DNA of 64,000 nucleotides from a virus, in IMG/VR virus record IMGVR_UViG_3300021368_000005, positions 9,614-73,613 of that record; one strand, written 5' to 3'. Position numbers and translations under genes: made by a program. The notes below the pieces were generated by a model. That model did no database searches, was not told the DNA's origin, and was given only the letters and a program-made list of their open reading frames with translations. Positions 9,151 through 19,365 of this stretch are shown piece by piece. The first letter of the stretch is position 1, and the number at the start of each line of letters is the position of its first letter.

Positions 9151-12100
9151 TTATTTTTTGTTCACCTCTAAAATTGGTTCACCTTTTCCTCTTGCAGTAT
9201 CAGCAACCTTAAGAACATTAGGGTTCGTACAGAAAGTTTCTACTGGTGAACGTCTATCTAAAGTAGTATTTGAAGTTTGTCGTGAACGTCCAAACAAACC
9301 TCTCTTTTTACCTAAATTAGAACCTGGTAGTTTACCTCCATTAGAATTTGCTCTCGATGCTGAGATTATATTTCCACCAGAAGGAGCTGGGTCACCAGGA
9401 TTATTCATTACTATTATTTTTCTATCTTCTTGTTTTGTTACAATTTCATAATCAGGTTCTACAATCCAAACAAGTTTACCAAATCTAAAACCTTTTCTAC
9501 CTGTTCCAGCAATAGGCCTTCTTTCTTTTACAGTAAATCTTTCAGTAACAACCCACACTTGTTTTCTTTCCTTTATCAATTTACCATTCCCATCCAATCT
9601 AGTAATGTTAGCATATCCATTCTGTGCAAATATTCCAGCCAATCCATTTTTAAGATTTCTAGGGTCTACACCAATTTGCTGTTGACCTTGAGTTTCGAAT
9701 TGTCTTAGTAGTTGTTGAACTTTAAGAACATCTGTTATTCTACCATCTCTTAAATCAGCTGAACTAATTAAAGTTGGAACACCTCCACCCATTCTTGCAT
9801 TATAACTAGGAACACCAAAGGTAAATCTTGGAGTTGTTCCTATCATTCTTCCTTCTCTTCTAAAGAATTCACTTCTGAATCTTAATCTTTGTAAAGCCGC
9901 AACTCTTGGGTCTAATCTTTTTACGTTTTGAGAACTTAATTTAACCTGGTCTTTTAAGTCAATCTTAGGGTCTTTTATTCTTGCAAGAACATCTTCTGCC
10001 GATGGCTTTCTATGTTGATATTTACTTCTTTCAAGTATATGTGGTTCAATTAATAATCCACTAGATACAATCGCTCTCGCAGGTACAAGAGTTTCTAATG
10101 TTTCAAATAATGATTGGTCTATATATCTTATCAACTGAATATATTCATATAAATTCAGAGTAAACCTTTCGAAATAATAGTTTCTAAGAGTTTTTAGTTG
10201 TTGATATTCTGCTTTATATCTATCAGATGGGTCTCCAATATAATCATCTATTTCAAACTGACCTAGTGATTTCATAATATCTGTATTAATCTCTTTTATT
10301 GGAGAGAAGAATAATCCTAACTTATTAGAATCAATAGGTGAAGTATCGAATGATTTTTTAGTTGAACGTTCTCTATAAGAAAGAGTTAACCCATTTGATA
10401 TATCTTCATTTACACCTTCTTGTGTTTCAAATCTAAATTTATTCCCAACACCAAATCCACTTGAAGGAACATTTGCTGTTACAGTTCTTTCATAAGTTGT
10501 ATAGTGGTATGGATAATCTGTTATAGAATCAAAGTTTGATGCAGTTACAAATGGAACTAAGTATGATTCATTTATAGATACATTTTTAATAGCAGTATCT
10601 GCATTTCTATCTTTAGGATATTCAAAATCTAAACGTAGAAGTAAATCTTCGGTAGATGATGAATGGTGGTTACCATCAATTGCATCTGGCATTAATGTGT
10701 GGTTATCTATTCTAGATTCACTCAATGCAGTTGTCCAATATCTAAACTCATCAATAGAACCAGTCATACTAGAACCACCAATAGTTAATTGGCTATCTAG
10801 TTCCCAAGAGGAAGTTGGAACATTAGTAACGGACATTGATACCGCATTTCTAATTCTTTCATTAAATCCTTCTTTTACATATACATCAAACGAACCAGTT
10901 CCTATATGTTGTACAACTATCTGATTATATTCTTCATTGAAGAAAGGAATATTTTCTGTTGATGAACTTAATAAGTTAGAACCACTTACATATTGTAGTT
11001 CAATCTTACCTTGGTTTCCTGATTGATATTTAACACCTAAGTTCCAACCAGATGAAGATATAAATGTTTGGTCTTGTTTTTGTTCAGTATTAAGTCTAAT
11101 CTCAACAGCTTGAGGATGGTCTGATGTTTCTGTATATTCTTTCCATGGAACTAATATAGATTGAGAATCTTTGATATTAATTGCGGCTGTTCTATCTTCA
11201 AACGAGAACTTACTAACACCTCCATCCGCATTTCTAGGTCCTCCAAATTCAAGAACAGTTAGCATTGATGATGGTACACCATAACAAGCTAATGCTGCTT
11301 TTACTGCCCTACCAGTACCCTTGTGTTTTAGTAAATAAGGTAAGTTATTTAATAATCTTCTCCAAACTTCATTTTGTCTATCCTTACCAGTCATTGAACG
11401 AACTGATGTTCCATCTTCAGTTGTTCCAAATGCATATTCCCAAAGTGCCTGTGCACTCGCTCCCATTTTAGAATCCCAACCTAGGGATTTTAACATAGAT
11501 GATAGTAGAGCATCTTTTATACCTGAGTTATATTTGTGTTCTAAGTTTTTAGATTCTGCCAATGATTTGGTATATGCCCATAATACATCGAAATGATTAC
11601 CAATCATATTAAAGAACATTTTGAACTCTTCATTTTCGGTACTATTCTTTACATGATTAGGTAAGTTATTTACTAAATAATCTTTATTATAGTAATCATA
11701 TTGTTGAGCAGATAGTGAGATACTATTTAACCAATCAACTGCTTCAGTAGAATCAGATGAAGATATAGAATTACCACCAGCACCAGGATATGTTAATCCA
11801 TCCAATGATGAACTTGTATATAAGAATGATTCGAATCCATCAAAATTATCTGAAACTTTCTGTTTAGATTCTTCATTTTGTTGTATTTCTTTTTTGATTC
11901 TTACTGAACCTGTGTAGAAAGAACCTGATTTTAGATTTTCTATTTTATCATCATAGAATTCTAATAGTTTTATTTTATATACGAAGTTGTTAACTCTTTC
12001 TTCAGCCGATGAATATTTTACAAAATTATTCCATGCCCAAGTAGAAGTTCCATCTATAAGAACAGAACCACTTGTTTCTAAAGATGAACTAGCATAAGGT

Positions 12101-14703
12101 ATCTTTAATGTTTTTAATGAGAACCCACTACCACTAACAAACTGACTCATTAAGTTGGTAGATGTTGTTGAACCACTTGCAACTAAGTCATCATATAGTT
12201 GGAATCCGATTGGGTCACATATACCTTCTCCAAAGTTAGGAGATAGTTCAATACACTCTTTTAATTCTTCATTTACTAAAGTAATCTGTTCTATTATAGG
12301 AAGAGATTGTATTTTTGAAATCCAAATCTGTTGGTTTGGTTCAACACTTCTAGGTAATGGTTCGTACATTTTAAGAACCAACGTTTGTTCTTCATGTGTT
12401 TTTTTATTGACTATCTGAGGTACGAATTCTCCATCTTCATTTTCTACATCTTGTACAACATCCTTATATTTTGCAAATGTTTCATAGTCAGTACACCATG
12501 TTGCAATAAGTTTATTATCTCCATCACCAAAGTGCATTAAGTGAGTTAGGAACTTTGAATTATCTTGTGCAAGTGCAGATGAATCAAATTGATGACATAT
12601 AGCCTCTGATATATCTCTATGTACCTCGGCTCTATCAAGAACTAGATTACCTTTATCGAATGCAATTTTTATTGATTCGGTTTTACCTTTAGTTACCGAA
12701 TCACCTTCTTCGTTATATGGACAGAAATATAAATCAAAATAAATCCAATCAGCAGTATCAAGTAACGCTTCTCCAGCTTGTTTTAATATTTTTCCAATAT
12801 TAAATTCTTGAGAACCTTGTGCCGGTCCTTTATTTAATATTTTATTTTTATTATCTACTTTACCAATAAAAATATCAATGTAATTAGTATTAACAGATTC
12901 CCAATTTACAGCAAAGTCAATATTATATCCTTTGAAATCTGCACCAATAATTGTCTCAGGATAATCTATTCGTGTAATATCTGGTCCTGGTAATAATTGC
13001 TTTTCAATAACAATAACAGGTATTTGTTTAGCATCACCTGTACCATTTATGTTGGAATCGGGTTGTAAATAAACTTGATAAGAACCTGGTCTATCAAAAT
13101 CACTTGGTTTTAATACAAGTTTATTTGTGTGAGTATTTTTTCTAAACCTTCCTTTAGTTTTTATATTAACCCAATCAGCATTTTTAGTAGTGTATGGTAT
13201 TACAAGTTCTTTATCAGCAACATCACCAATATTAATATAAACAATATCTTGAGATACCTCTAAAATAGGTTTTGTGTATCCTGGTGCACTTTCACCACTA
13301 GTTCTAGTTTCAGTTACAGTATATGATGTTAGAGTATATGATGGACTAGGTGCTGGTTTTGGTTGATATTCTGGTTCAACCGCAATTTCTCCTTTAGTAA
13401 TAGTAATTTTTAGATTATACTCTTTTTTCAATTCTAGAGCTTGGAATGAAAATCTAACATCCCCTCCCTTACCTACTTCTGATTTTTGTTCTGCTAATTT
13501 TTTTCCACTACCTACTTCATATAATGTATATTGATGATTATGTGTTGAAGTTGATGATGATGGAGTCCAATTTAAGAAAGTTGCAGTATTTATAATAGTA
13601 CTTTGTGCTGAACCCGATAATGTTTGTACTTTACCACCAAAATCAATCTCACCAGTCACACCCATTGGTAAATCATGTGTAATATTAAGTTTAGTAGTGT
13701 TATCAACTACTGGTTCTGGTTTTGGTGCTGACTGATTATAAGTAAATGTTATAGTTGTACCTGTATTAGTTGGTGTAAGGCTAGTAACTAATTTACCATC
13801 TTTGGTTATATCAACTACATACTTAGTAATTGGTGCTACCTGATTGATTTTATCAACTGGTACTACAACTAGTCGTGTTTTAATTCTATAAACTTCGTTT
13901 GCTTTACCAAGAGCTGAATCTTGTGCACCAATAGTTCTACCACTTAAATAATCTTTGGCATTTGCACGATGTGAAACTGTATATTGAGTTTTTTCACCAG
14001 TATCAGTAAACAATGCACCACGAGCTGTATTTGGTGTAAATGTGAAATGAATATTGGTTGAAAAATCTTTTGGTGGAATTGGTCTTGATGGTTTCGGCTC
14101 GTCAGGCTCAACTCCGATTCTTACTTCTTTATCTAATTGTATAACCCCAATATCCCTACCAATTCTTTCTCCTGCATTCATTCGAGGTCCAACACCTATG
14201 GTGTTTACCACAATATCATTAAAAGTATCATCAACTGCAGGATTAAAAAAGTTTTGTTGTCTAATTTCTTCTGCTTGTCTATTATATTCATCTACTCTAA
14301 CCTGCATTGGTTCATAAACAATATCAGGTTCAGGTGGTTTTGGCTTTACCACCGCTGGTTTAGGAGTTTGTTTTGGTTTAGCGGGTTGTGGTGGTGCTGG
14401 AAGTGTAAACTGAGGCTCAGGTCTCGGAGTAAACCTCGGAGTTGCATTAAAAGCAGCAGGTAAATCCATCAATCTATTTATCTCATTCCCAATAGGTACT
14501 CCTCCACTTGTTGGCCCACCTCCCATAAGATTGGCCATATTACCACCACCTACTGAATAAGCTGCGCCTCCAGTCATGGCCGCAGGTGTGAACCCTCCCA
14601 ATATACCCATAGAACTAGTATCATACCAGTTAGAACCATTCCAAGTCCAGTTACCTACTGATTGTCCTACAAATCTTCCGTTAAATCTTGGTTTCATTGC
14701 CAT
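9151..14703 (-). CDS. Very large virion protein (baseplate/tail) with LamG-like domain and Pro-rich N-terminus
   Basis: 1850 aa; LPYLLKHKGT..AVKAALACYG baseplate-like motif; LTIGGSSMTGSIDEFRYW concanavalin/LamG-like segment. Confidence 0.65.
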   Translation of the reverse strand: MAMKPRFNGRFVGQSVGNWTWNGSNWYDTSSMGILGGFTPAAMTGGAAYSVGGGNMANLMGGGPTSGGVPIGNEINRLMDLPAAFNATPRFTPRPEPQFTLPAPPQPAKPKQTPKPAVVKPKPPEPDIVYEPMQVRVDEYNRQAEEIRQQNFFNPAVDDTFNDIVVNTIGVGPRMNAGERIGRDIGVIQLDKEVRIGVEPDEPKPSRPIPPKDFSTNIHFTFTPNTARGALFTDTGEKTQYTVSHRANAKDYLSGRTIGAQDSALGKANEVYRIKTRLVVVPVDKINQVAPITKYVVDITKDGKLVTSLTPTNTGTTITFTYNQSAPKPEPVVDNTTKLNITHDLPMGVTGEIDFGGKVQTLSGSAQSTIINTATFLNWTPSSSTSTHNHQYTLYEVGSGKKLAEQKSEVGKGGDVRFSFQALELKKEYNLKITITKGEIAVEPEYQPKPAPSPSYTLTSYTVTETRTSGESAPGYTKPILEVSQDIVYINIGDVADKELVIPYTTKNADWVNIKTKGRFRKNTHTNKLVLKPSDFDRPGSYQVYLQPDSNINGTGDAKQIPVIVIEKQLLPGPDITRIDYPETIIGADFKGYNIDFAVNWESVNTNYIDIFIGKVDNKNKILNKGPAQGSQEFNIGKILKQAGEALLDTADWIYFDLYFCPYNEEGDSVTKGKTESIKIAFDKGNLVLDRAEVHRDISEAICHQFDSSALAQDNSKFLTHLMHFGDGDNKLIATWCTDYETFAKYKDVVQDVENEDGEFVPQIVNKKTHEEQTLVLKMYEPLPRSVEPNQQIWISKIQSLPIIEQITLVNEELKECIELSPNFGEGICDPIGFQLYDDLVASGSTTSTNLMSQFVSGSGFSLKTLKIPYASSSLETSGSVLIDGTSTWAWNNFVKYSSAEERVNNFVYKIKLLEFYDDKIENLKSGSFYTGSVRIKKEIQQNEESKQKVSDNFDGFESFLYTSSSLDGLTYPGAGGNSISSSDSTEAVDWLNSISLSAQQYDYYNKDYLVNNLPNHVKNSTENEEFKMFFNMIGNHFDVLWAYTKSLAESKNLEHKYNSGIKDALLSSMLKSLGWDSKMGASAQALWEYAFGTTEDGTSVRSMTGKDRQNEVWRRLLNNLPYLLKHKGTGRAVKAALACYGVPSSMLTVLEFGGPRNADGGVSKFSFEDRTAAINIKDSQSILVPWKEYTETSDHPQAVEIRLNTEQKQDQTFISSSGWNLGVKYQSGNQGKIELQYVSGSNLLSSSTENIPFFNEEYNQIVVQHIGTGSFDVYVKEGFNERIRNAVSMSVTNVPTSSWELDSQLTIGGSSMTGSIDEFRYWTTALSESRIDNHTLMPDAIDGNHHSSSTEDLLLRLDFEYPKDRNADTAIKNVSINESYLVPFVTASNFDSITDYPYHYTTYERTVTANVPSSGFGVGNKFRFETQEGVNEDISNGLTLSYRERSTKKSFDTSPIDSNKLGLFFSPIKEINTDIMKSLGQFEIDDYIGDPSDRYKAEYQQLKTLRNYYFERFTLNLYEYIQLIRYIDQSLFETLETLVPARAIVSSGLLIEPHILERSKYQHRKPSAEDVLARIKDPKIDLKDQVKLSSQNVKRLDPRVAALQRLRFRSEFFRREGRMIGTTPRFTFGVPSYNARMGGGVPTLISSADLRDGRITDVLKVQQLLRQFETQGQQQIGVDPRNLKNGLAGIFAQNGYANITRLDGNGKLIKERKQVWVVTERFTVKERRPIAGTGRKGFRFGKLVWIVEPDYEIVTKQEDRKIIVMNNPGDPAPSGGNIISASRANSNGGKLPGSNLGKKRGLFGRSRQTSNTTLDRRSPVETFCTNPNVLKVADTARGKGEPILEVNKK

Positions 14704-14768
14704 AATATTTTATCCATACATATTCATACGATTATAATCGTTTTGAGTGAAATCACTTTTATAATTTA

Positions 14769-17012
14769 TTATAAAAATATATTTTTATAATTGTGAGTTA
14801 ATATCCCATTCGCATAATAAGTATGTTTACCATCTAATGTTAGTAGATAAACTGTATCTACTCTTACAAGAAATAAACTATTTATTACTATTTCTTCTTT
14901 TTCTCTTGTTAAAAATATATCACCTGTTTCAATTTCTAAGGTGGTTTTTATCATCCACTCATCTCCTCTTTTTACAAGATGTTTATGTTCTTCACTACAT
15001 TCTAATAACCCATCATTGATAGAATAAACATTTCTATCATGCAACTCTTTGAAATCAACTACCTTATACTCATCATAATCATATTGTTCTATATTTTTAC
15101 CTTTCCAATTATCTTCCACTTTATTCCAAGATGATAGTGTTTTTATATTCAACCCTCTTAAAGATTGTCCTTTTTTAACATCCTGAACATTTATCATTGT
15201 ACCATCTGCAGTTTCTATTTTTGTGTCAGCAACGAGACATCCGCCTCCGCCTCCACTTGAGAATCCTCCTCCACCACCACCACCTTTTGGTGTTGGTTTT
15301 GGTGCAGTATATCCACATTTAGGACTATTGTATTGTGATGTAATAGGACTTTTTAATCCACCGTTTCCATCTGCATACCCTATTTTTCTAGTTGTACCAC
15401 TACAAGTATCTTTTACGATAGTACCTCTTGCGGGGTAACTTGGTCTTGGTGTGACAGTACCCGCTTGAGTCCAAGTTACAGAAGCAGATTTTCCAGAGGC
15501 ATCTCCACTACCAGTACAAGTAACTGTACCAGTTCTTGTAGGTCCTGTGTTTTCTGTAACTGTAACATTTGCTGTTCCTCCAAATCCACCTGGGATACCA
15601 TTACTTTTTATTTGAACCCAACTTGGGAAACTACAAGTTACACCAACTTTACCACTACACTTTGACCTTACAGGTGACCTCATGTGGTCGTTGTTATGAA
15701 AAACCCAACCTCCACTTAATGTATTTGGTCTTTCTTTTGAGGTGAAAGTTCTATCTGAAGCTGGAATGTAAATACTTATTCCACTCTTATAGGTTGCACA
15801 GGTAGTTCCTCCACTTGGTTTAGGTTGTGGTGGTTTTGGCCTAGGGGTTGGTGGATTAGGTCTTGGTGGAGGCGGTGGAGGTGGAGGTGGTGGTGGAACC
15901 GGTACTTTTCTGTACTTAGTTACCTGAACCTCATATGTACACTTATCATCCACAGTTGCCGAAGCATTATAGTTTTTAGCCTTAGGGTCTCTACATCCTC
16001 TTATAGCAGGTTTCTTTTCTGTTGGAGGTTCTGCATAAAATTCACCATCCGATTTGACAGTTTTTAATATTTTATCAACCTTATCTAAAGTTTCTTGTTG
16101 TTTTCTAGTTCTAACTGTTTTTTGAGCTATATCTTGTTTTGGTAAATGATAATCAACACAATTTTCTGCAATATCACATAATTGCATTATTATTCCTTTA
16201 CTATTAAAGTTAATACCAAATTTCTCACCAGTTGGTTGGCCAAATGTTGATTGTTCTTTAATATTAAAAAATCTATTATTTCTAAAGTTATCTAATGATT
16301 TATCAAATGAAATCTTTACTAAACTTAAAAATCTTTCAAAGTTATCAATTTTGAATTCCTTTTGTATTAACTTAATATAATTTTGACCATCTTCAATCTT
16401 TCCTCTAAGTTGTAGCATTTTTTCTACAATCTTAGTTATATCGAATTGCTGAGAAAATTCATCTAAAAATAAAACAACATCTGCAAAGAAATCATCTCCA
16501 CTAGTAAATGTTTTATATCTTAAATCTAAATCATCATTAGGTAATCCAGTCGATTCATCTATTACTGGTAAAACTCTAACTTCTGTTCTAGATGGTGATA
16601 TTTCATGTATCCATGCTCTATCAAACATTCTATCTTCAGAACCCAATCTTCTGTTTAATAAAGCAACTGATGTTTTGAATACACCTTGTGAATATCCAGC
16701 TTCTTTAATTAATTTTTCAACATCAATAAAAAATTCTTCTGCTTGATTTCTCTTTATATTAAATTTTGTTTTATCAGCTTTACTAAAATATTTTTTAATA
16801 TTAGTATCTGTATATGAAATATATCTTACAGGTTTTCCATTTGAAGATTCTTGAGGTAGGGCGTTATCATTTGAATCATATACTATAAATTCAATTAAAT
16901 CACCAACATCGAGACCAAAGATACCTCTACGAACTTCTCTTTCGAAAATTTCTCTATCTTTTTTCTCAACTCGATAACCTTTTTTTTCTTCTATGTTTTT
17001 GAAATCCTTCAT
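14769..17012 (-). CDS. Virion-associated protein with poly-Pro linker, BACON-like domain and C-terminal Hint domain
   Basis: GCRDPKAKNYNASATVDDKC motif; poly-Pro; SWVQI...VTVTENTGPTRTGTVT (BACON-like); GGGG-CLVADTKI...CSEEHKHL...HTYYANGILTHN Hint motifs. Confidence 0.75.
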   Translation of the reverse strand: MKDFKNIEEKKGYRVEKKDREIFEREVRRGIFGLDVGDLIEFIVYDSNDNALPQESSNGKPVRYISYTDTNIKKYFSKADKTKFNIKRNQAEEFFIDVEKLIKEAGYSQGVFKTSVALLNRRLGSEDRMFDRAWIHEISPSRTEVRVLPVIDESTGLPNDDLDLRYKTFTSGDDFFADVVLFLDEFSQQFDITKIVEKMLQLRGKIEDGQNYIKLIQKEFKIDNFERFLSLVKISFDKSLDNFRNNRFFNIKEQSTFGQPTGEKFGINFNSKGIIMQLCDIAENCVDYHLPKQDIAQKTVRTRKQQETLDKVDKILKTVKSDGEFYAEPPTEKKPAIRGCRDPKAKNYNASATVDDKCTYEVQVTKYRKVPVPPPPPPPPPPPRPNPPTPRPKPPQPKPSGGTTCATYKSGISIYIPASDRTFTSKERPNTLSGGWVFHNNDHMRSPVRSKCSGKVGVTCSFPSWVQIKSNGIPGGFGGTANVTVTENTGPTRTGTVTCTGSGDASGKSASVTWTQAGTVTPRPSYPARGTIVKDTCSGTTRKIGYADGNGGLKSPITSQYNSPKCGYTAPKPTPKGGGGGGGFSSGGGGGCLVADTKIETADGTMINVQDVKKGQSLRGLNIKTLSSWNKVEDNWKGKNIEQYDYDEYKVVDFKELHDRNVYSINDGLLECSEEHKHLVKRGDEWMIKTTLEIETGDIFLTREKEEIVINSLFLVRVDTVYLLTLDGKHTYYANGILTHNYKNIFL

Positions 17013-17015
17013 TTA

Positions 17016-18302
17016 TTATTTTTTATTCTTTCTAATCTTCCAACTCATCGAACTACCACTAGCAGTACTACCATCATCATATCTTACAGATATTGTAAAG
17101 TTTCCACTATAATCTTTTGCTGACCACCACATATTACTTTTCTCTGGAGCAGGTGCACCTCTTCCACCGATGTTTTTATTCATATATAGTTTAACATCTG
17201 TTTTTGAACCTTTTGCAATACTAACACTTTGTGATGTTCTTGGTTTACCATTATCAGTACCAAATCCAAGTGGACCATAACTAGATAAACCACCACTTAC
17301 TCTTATACTTACTTGAGTAATTTTAGCACCACTATCTTTTAAGTTTTGTACTGTTAATGTTGCTATCTTACCTGGCTTTGGATTATCTACCGAAGTAACC
17401 CATTCAACATCATATCCATTTGATGGTGTATCTGCCTTTACTCCATAATAAGATTCACTATCACTCAATGGTTCTAATCCAGCTGCTGCCGCCGCTGTTT
17501 CTGCCGCCTGACCAGATAGTTGAGATTCTAATGCCTTTTGTTGGTTTTCTAAAGCCAATCGTTGAGCTTCAGCCGCTTTAGCCGCCGCTTCCCTTTGTGC
17601 CGCCGCTTGTTCGGTTTGTACCTTCAGAGCCTCCACACCAGCTTCAACTTGTCCTTCAAGACCAGATACAATTTTTCTAAGTGAAAGGAGTTCTTGTCTT
17701 AATACATCTTTTTGAGCAACTAAACCTTCTACTTGTGCATTTAATCTAACTCTTTCATTTGCTTCCTTAGTTGATTTTATAATAGCAACAGTAAGTTTTC
17801 CAGCCACTTCTTTATATCGTTCAGTTGATTGTTGTAATTGATTATCCACAATCGCCTTACTAACTTGTACCGCATCTACTTCTACTAAAGCGGCTTGTAG
17901 TTCTGAAGATAACCTAGCATTTTCACCCTCTAACCTACTAACTTCTTCTACAGCTTCTGATAGTTCTTGTAGAGTCTGTTGATAATCATCTTGTAAATCA
18001 TCATATACTTCTCTAGGAACAACATCTGGTCTTGGAGGTCCTTCTGGTTTTACTAACTCATCTATTACAGTATCAACCGCCTTTTTAAGTTGGTCCTCTT
18101 TGTATGCAGGTTTTTCTATATAAGAAACAATCTCACCATCTCTATCACCCTTCATGTGGTCATATGGTTGGTCTGAGCCTGTTAGGAAAGTTGGTGAACC
18201 ATCTATAAACGTATGGGTTTTAGACAAAGAATCTTCCGAGACTATGGCTCTGGAGCCACTCTTTACAAGTTCATCAAATCTAAATCTATTTTCTAAAGCC
18301 AT
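17016..18302 (-). CDS. Coiled-coil virion-associated protein
   Basis: Long heptad region followed by a beta-rich C-terminal domain; inside the structural operon. Confidence 0.55.
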   Translation of the reverse strand: MALENRFRFDELVKSGSRAIVSEDSLSKTHTFIDGSPTFLTGSDQPYDHMKGDRDGEIVSYIEKPAYKEDQLKKAVDTVIDELVKPEGPPRPDVVPREVYDDLQDDYQQTLQELSEAVEEVSRLEGENARLSSELQAALVEVDAVQVSKAIVDNQLQQSTERYKEVAGKLTVAIIKSTKEANERVRLNAQVEGLVAQKDVLRQELLSLRKIVSGLEGQVEAGVEALKVQTEQAAAQREAAAKAAEAQRLALENQQKALESQLSGQAAETAAAAAGLEPLSDSESYYGVKADTPSNGYDVEWVTSVDNPKPGKIATLTVQNLKDSGAKITQVSIRVSGGLSSYGPLGFGTDNGKPRTSQSVSIAKGSKTDVKLYMNKNIGGRGAPAPEKSNMWWSAKDYSGNFTISVRYDDGSTASGSSMSWKIRKNKK

Positions 18303-18303
18303 T

Positions 18304-19365
18304 TTACCTCTCTACTGTAAACGTTAAATCTTTATCTGAAAAATATTCTATAACCCCATTTCTTTCGGTCTTTACTTCAATATAATAATCTCTTTCTGTT
18401 TCAAAGTTTGTAAGATTAAGCTTAAAGTAATTACCATTAGAATCACAAGATACTTTAGTGTAATCACTAAATGGAAGAATTACTTCATCTGTTTGTATAT
18501 CTTTAATTTGATAATACGTTGTTGATGGTAAAAAATACACATCTGTATATGCATGTTGATTTGAATAAGTTTTAAGAGGATATTTTTCTCTTCCAAAAAC
18601 TCTAATCTGTGGTGTACTTCCTTTTTTGTATTTTGTTTTTAATCTCTTAAATGTTACATGAATATCATCAGATGTAAGTTCTGTTAGCGAACCAGTAGAA
18701 AAAGATGAATCATCCCAACCTATTCTTATTTTTGGTTGGTAAATTGTATTTGTCTCTTTGGAGAAAAATTTTAGTTGGCCATAGTCATTTACATCATTCT
18801 CCAATGATGATGTATATTTTAGAATAAATCCTTCGTTTGGTAAATCACCACTAATCCAAGTATTAAGTGTTCCTAGAACATCCATTTCTATATCAGATGT
18901 CTCATATGAAAATGATTGTGATGAGAAAGAACCAGTAAACCAAATACCACCCTTACCATTAAATGAACCAGTTGTATCAGATGAGTGATTTTCTTGACTC
19001 ATCCAGTCTTGTCCTGTTCTACAACTATTCCATGTTACACCATCTGTTGATATTTCATCAAATCTAGTTCCTATACCCATATCCCACGATTGAGATACTG
19101 CATAAGCATAAATTGTATAATCTGTTGGTATTTCACTTGATTCACATTCTCTAAGAATAAGTTCTGCAGAACTTGCAGTTATTTCTCCACTTGCTATTGA
19201 TTGAGATATTGCATTAGTATCAAACTTAATTAAAGAATGAGATATATCTTTGAGATTACCATAGTATGTTTTTGATATCTCAAGTATCTCATCTCTACCT
19301 GTATTTTGAGATGGTTGTTGTAAGTAAATGGTTGCATCTTTTGATGCTGTTACGAAGTAATACAT
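18304..19365 (-). CDS. Virion protein, DNRLRE-like beta-sandwich
   Basis: KDATIY...NTG...SLIKFD...SAELIL...W...N.GFILK...F.SKE....PK pattern. Confidence 0.55.
   Translation of the reverse strand: MYYFVTASKDATIYLQQPSQNTGRDEILEISKTYYGNLKDISHSLIKFDTNAISQSIASGEITASSAELILRECESSEIPTDYTIYAYAVSQSWDMGIGTRFDEISTDGVTWNSCRTGQDWMSQENHSSDTTGSFNGKGGIWFTGSFSSQSFSYETSDIEMDVLGTLNTWISGDLPNEGFILKYTSSLENDVNDYGQLKFFSKETNTIYQPKIRIGWDDSSFSTGSLTELTSDDIHVTFKRLKTKYKKGSTPQIRVFGREKYPLKTYSNQHAYTDVYFLPSTTYYQIKDIQTDEVILPFSDYTKVSCDSNGNYFKLNLTNFETERDYYIEVKTERNGVIEYFSDKDLTFTVER

Noticed and set aside
14769-15240. Hint domain as a mobile splicing intein
   Set aside because: No Cys/Ser/Thr at +1, no homing endonuclease, and located at the extreme C-terminus.
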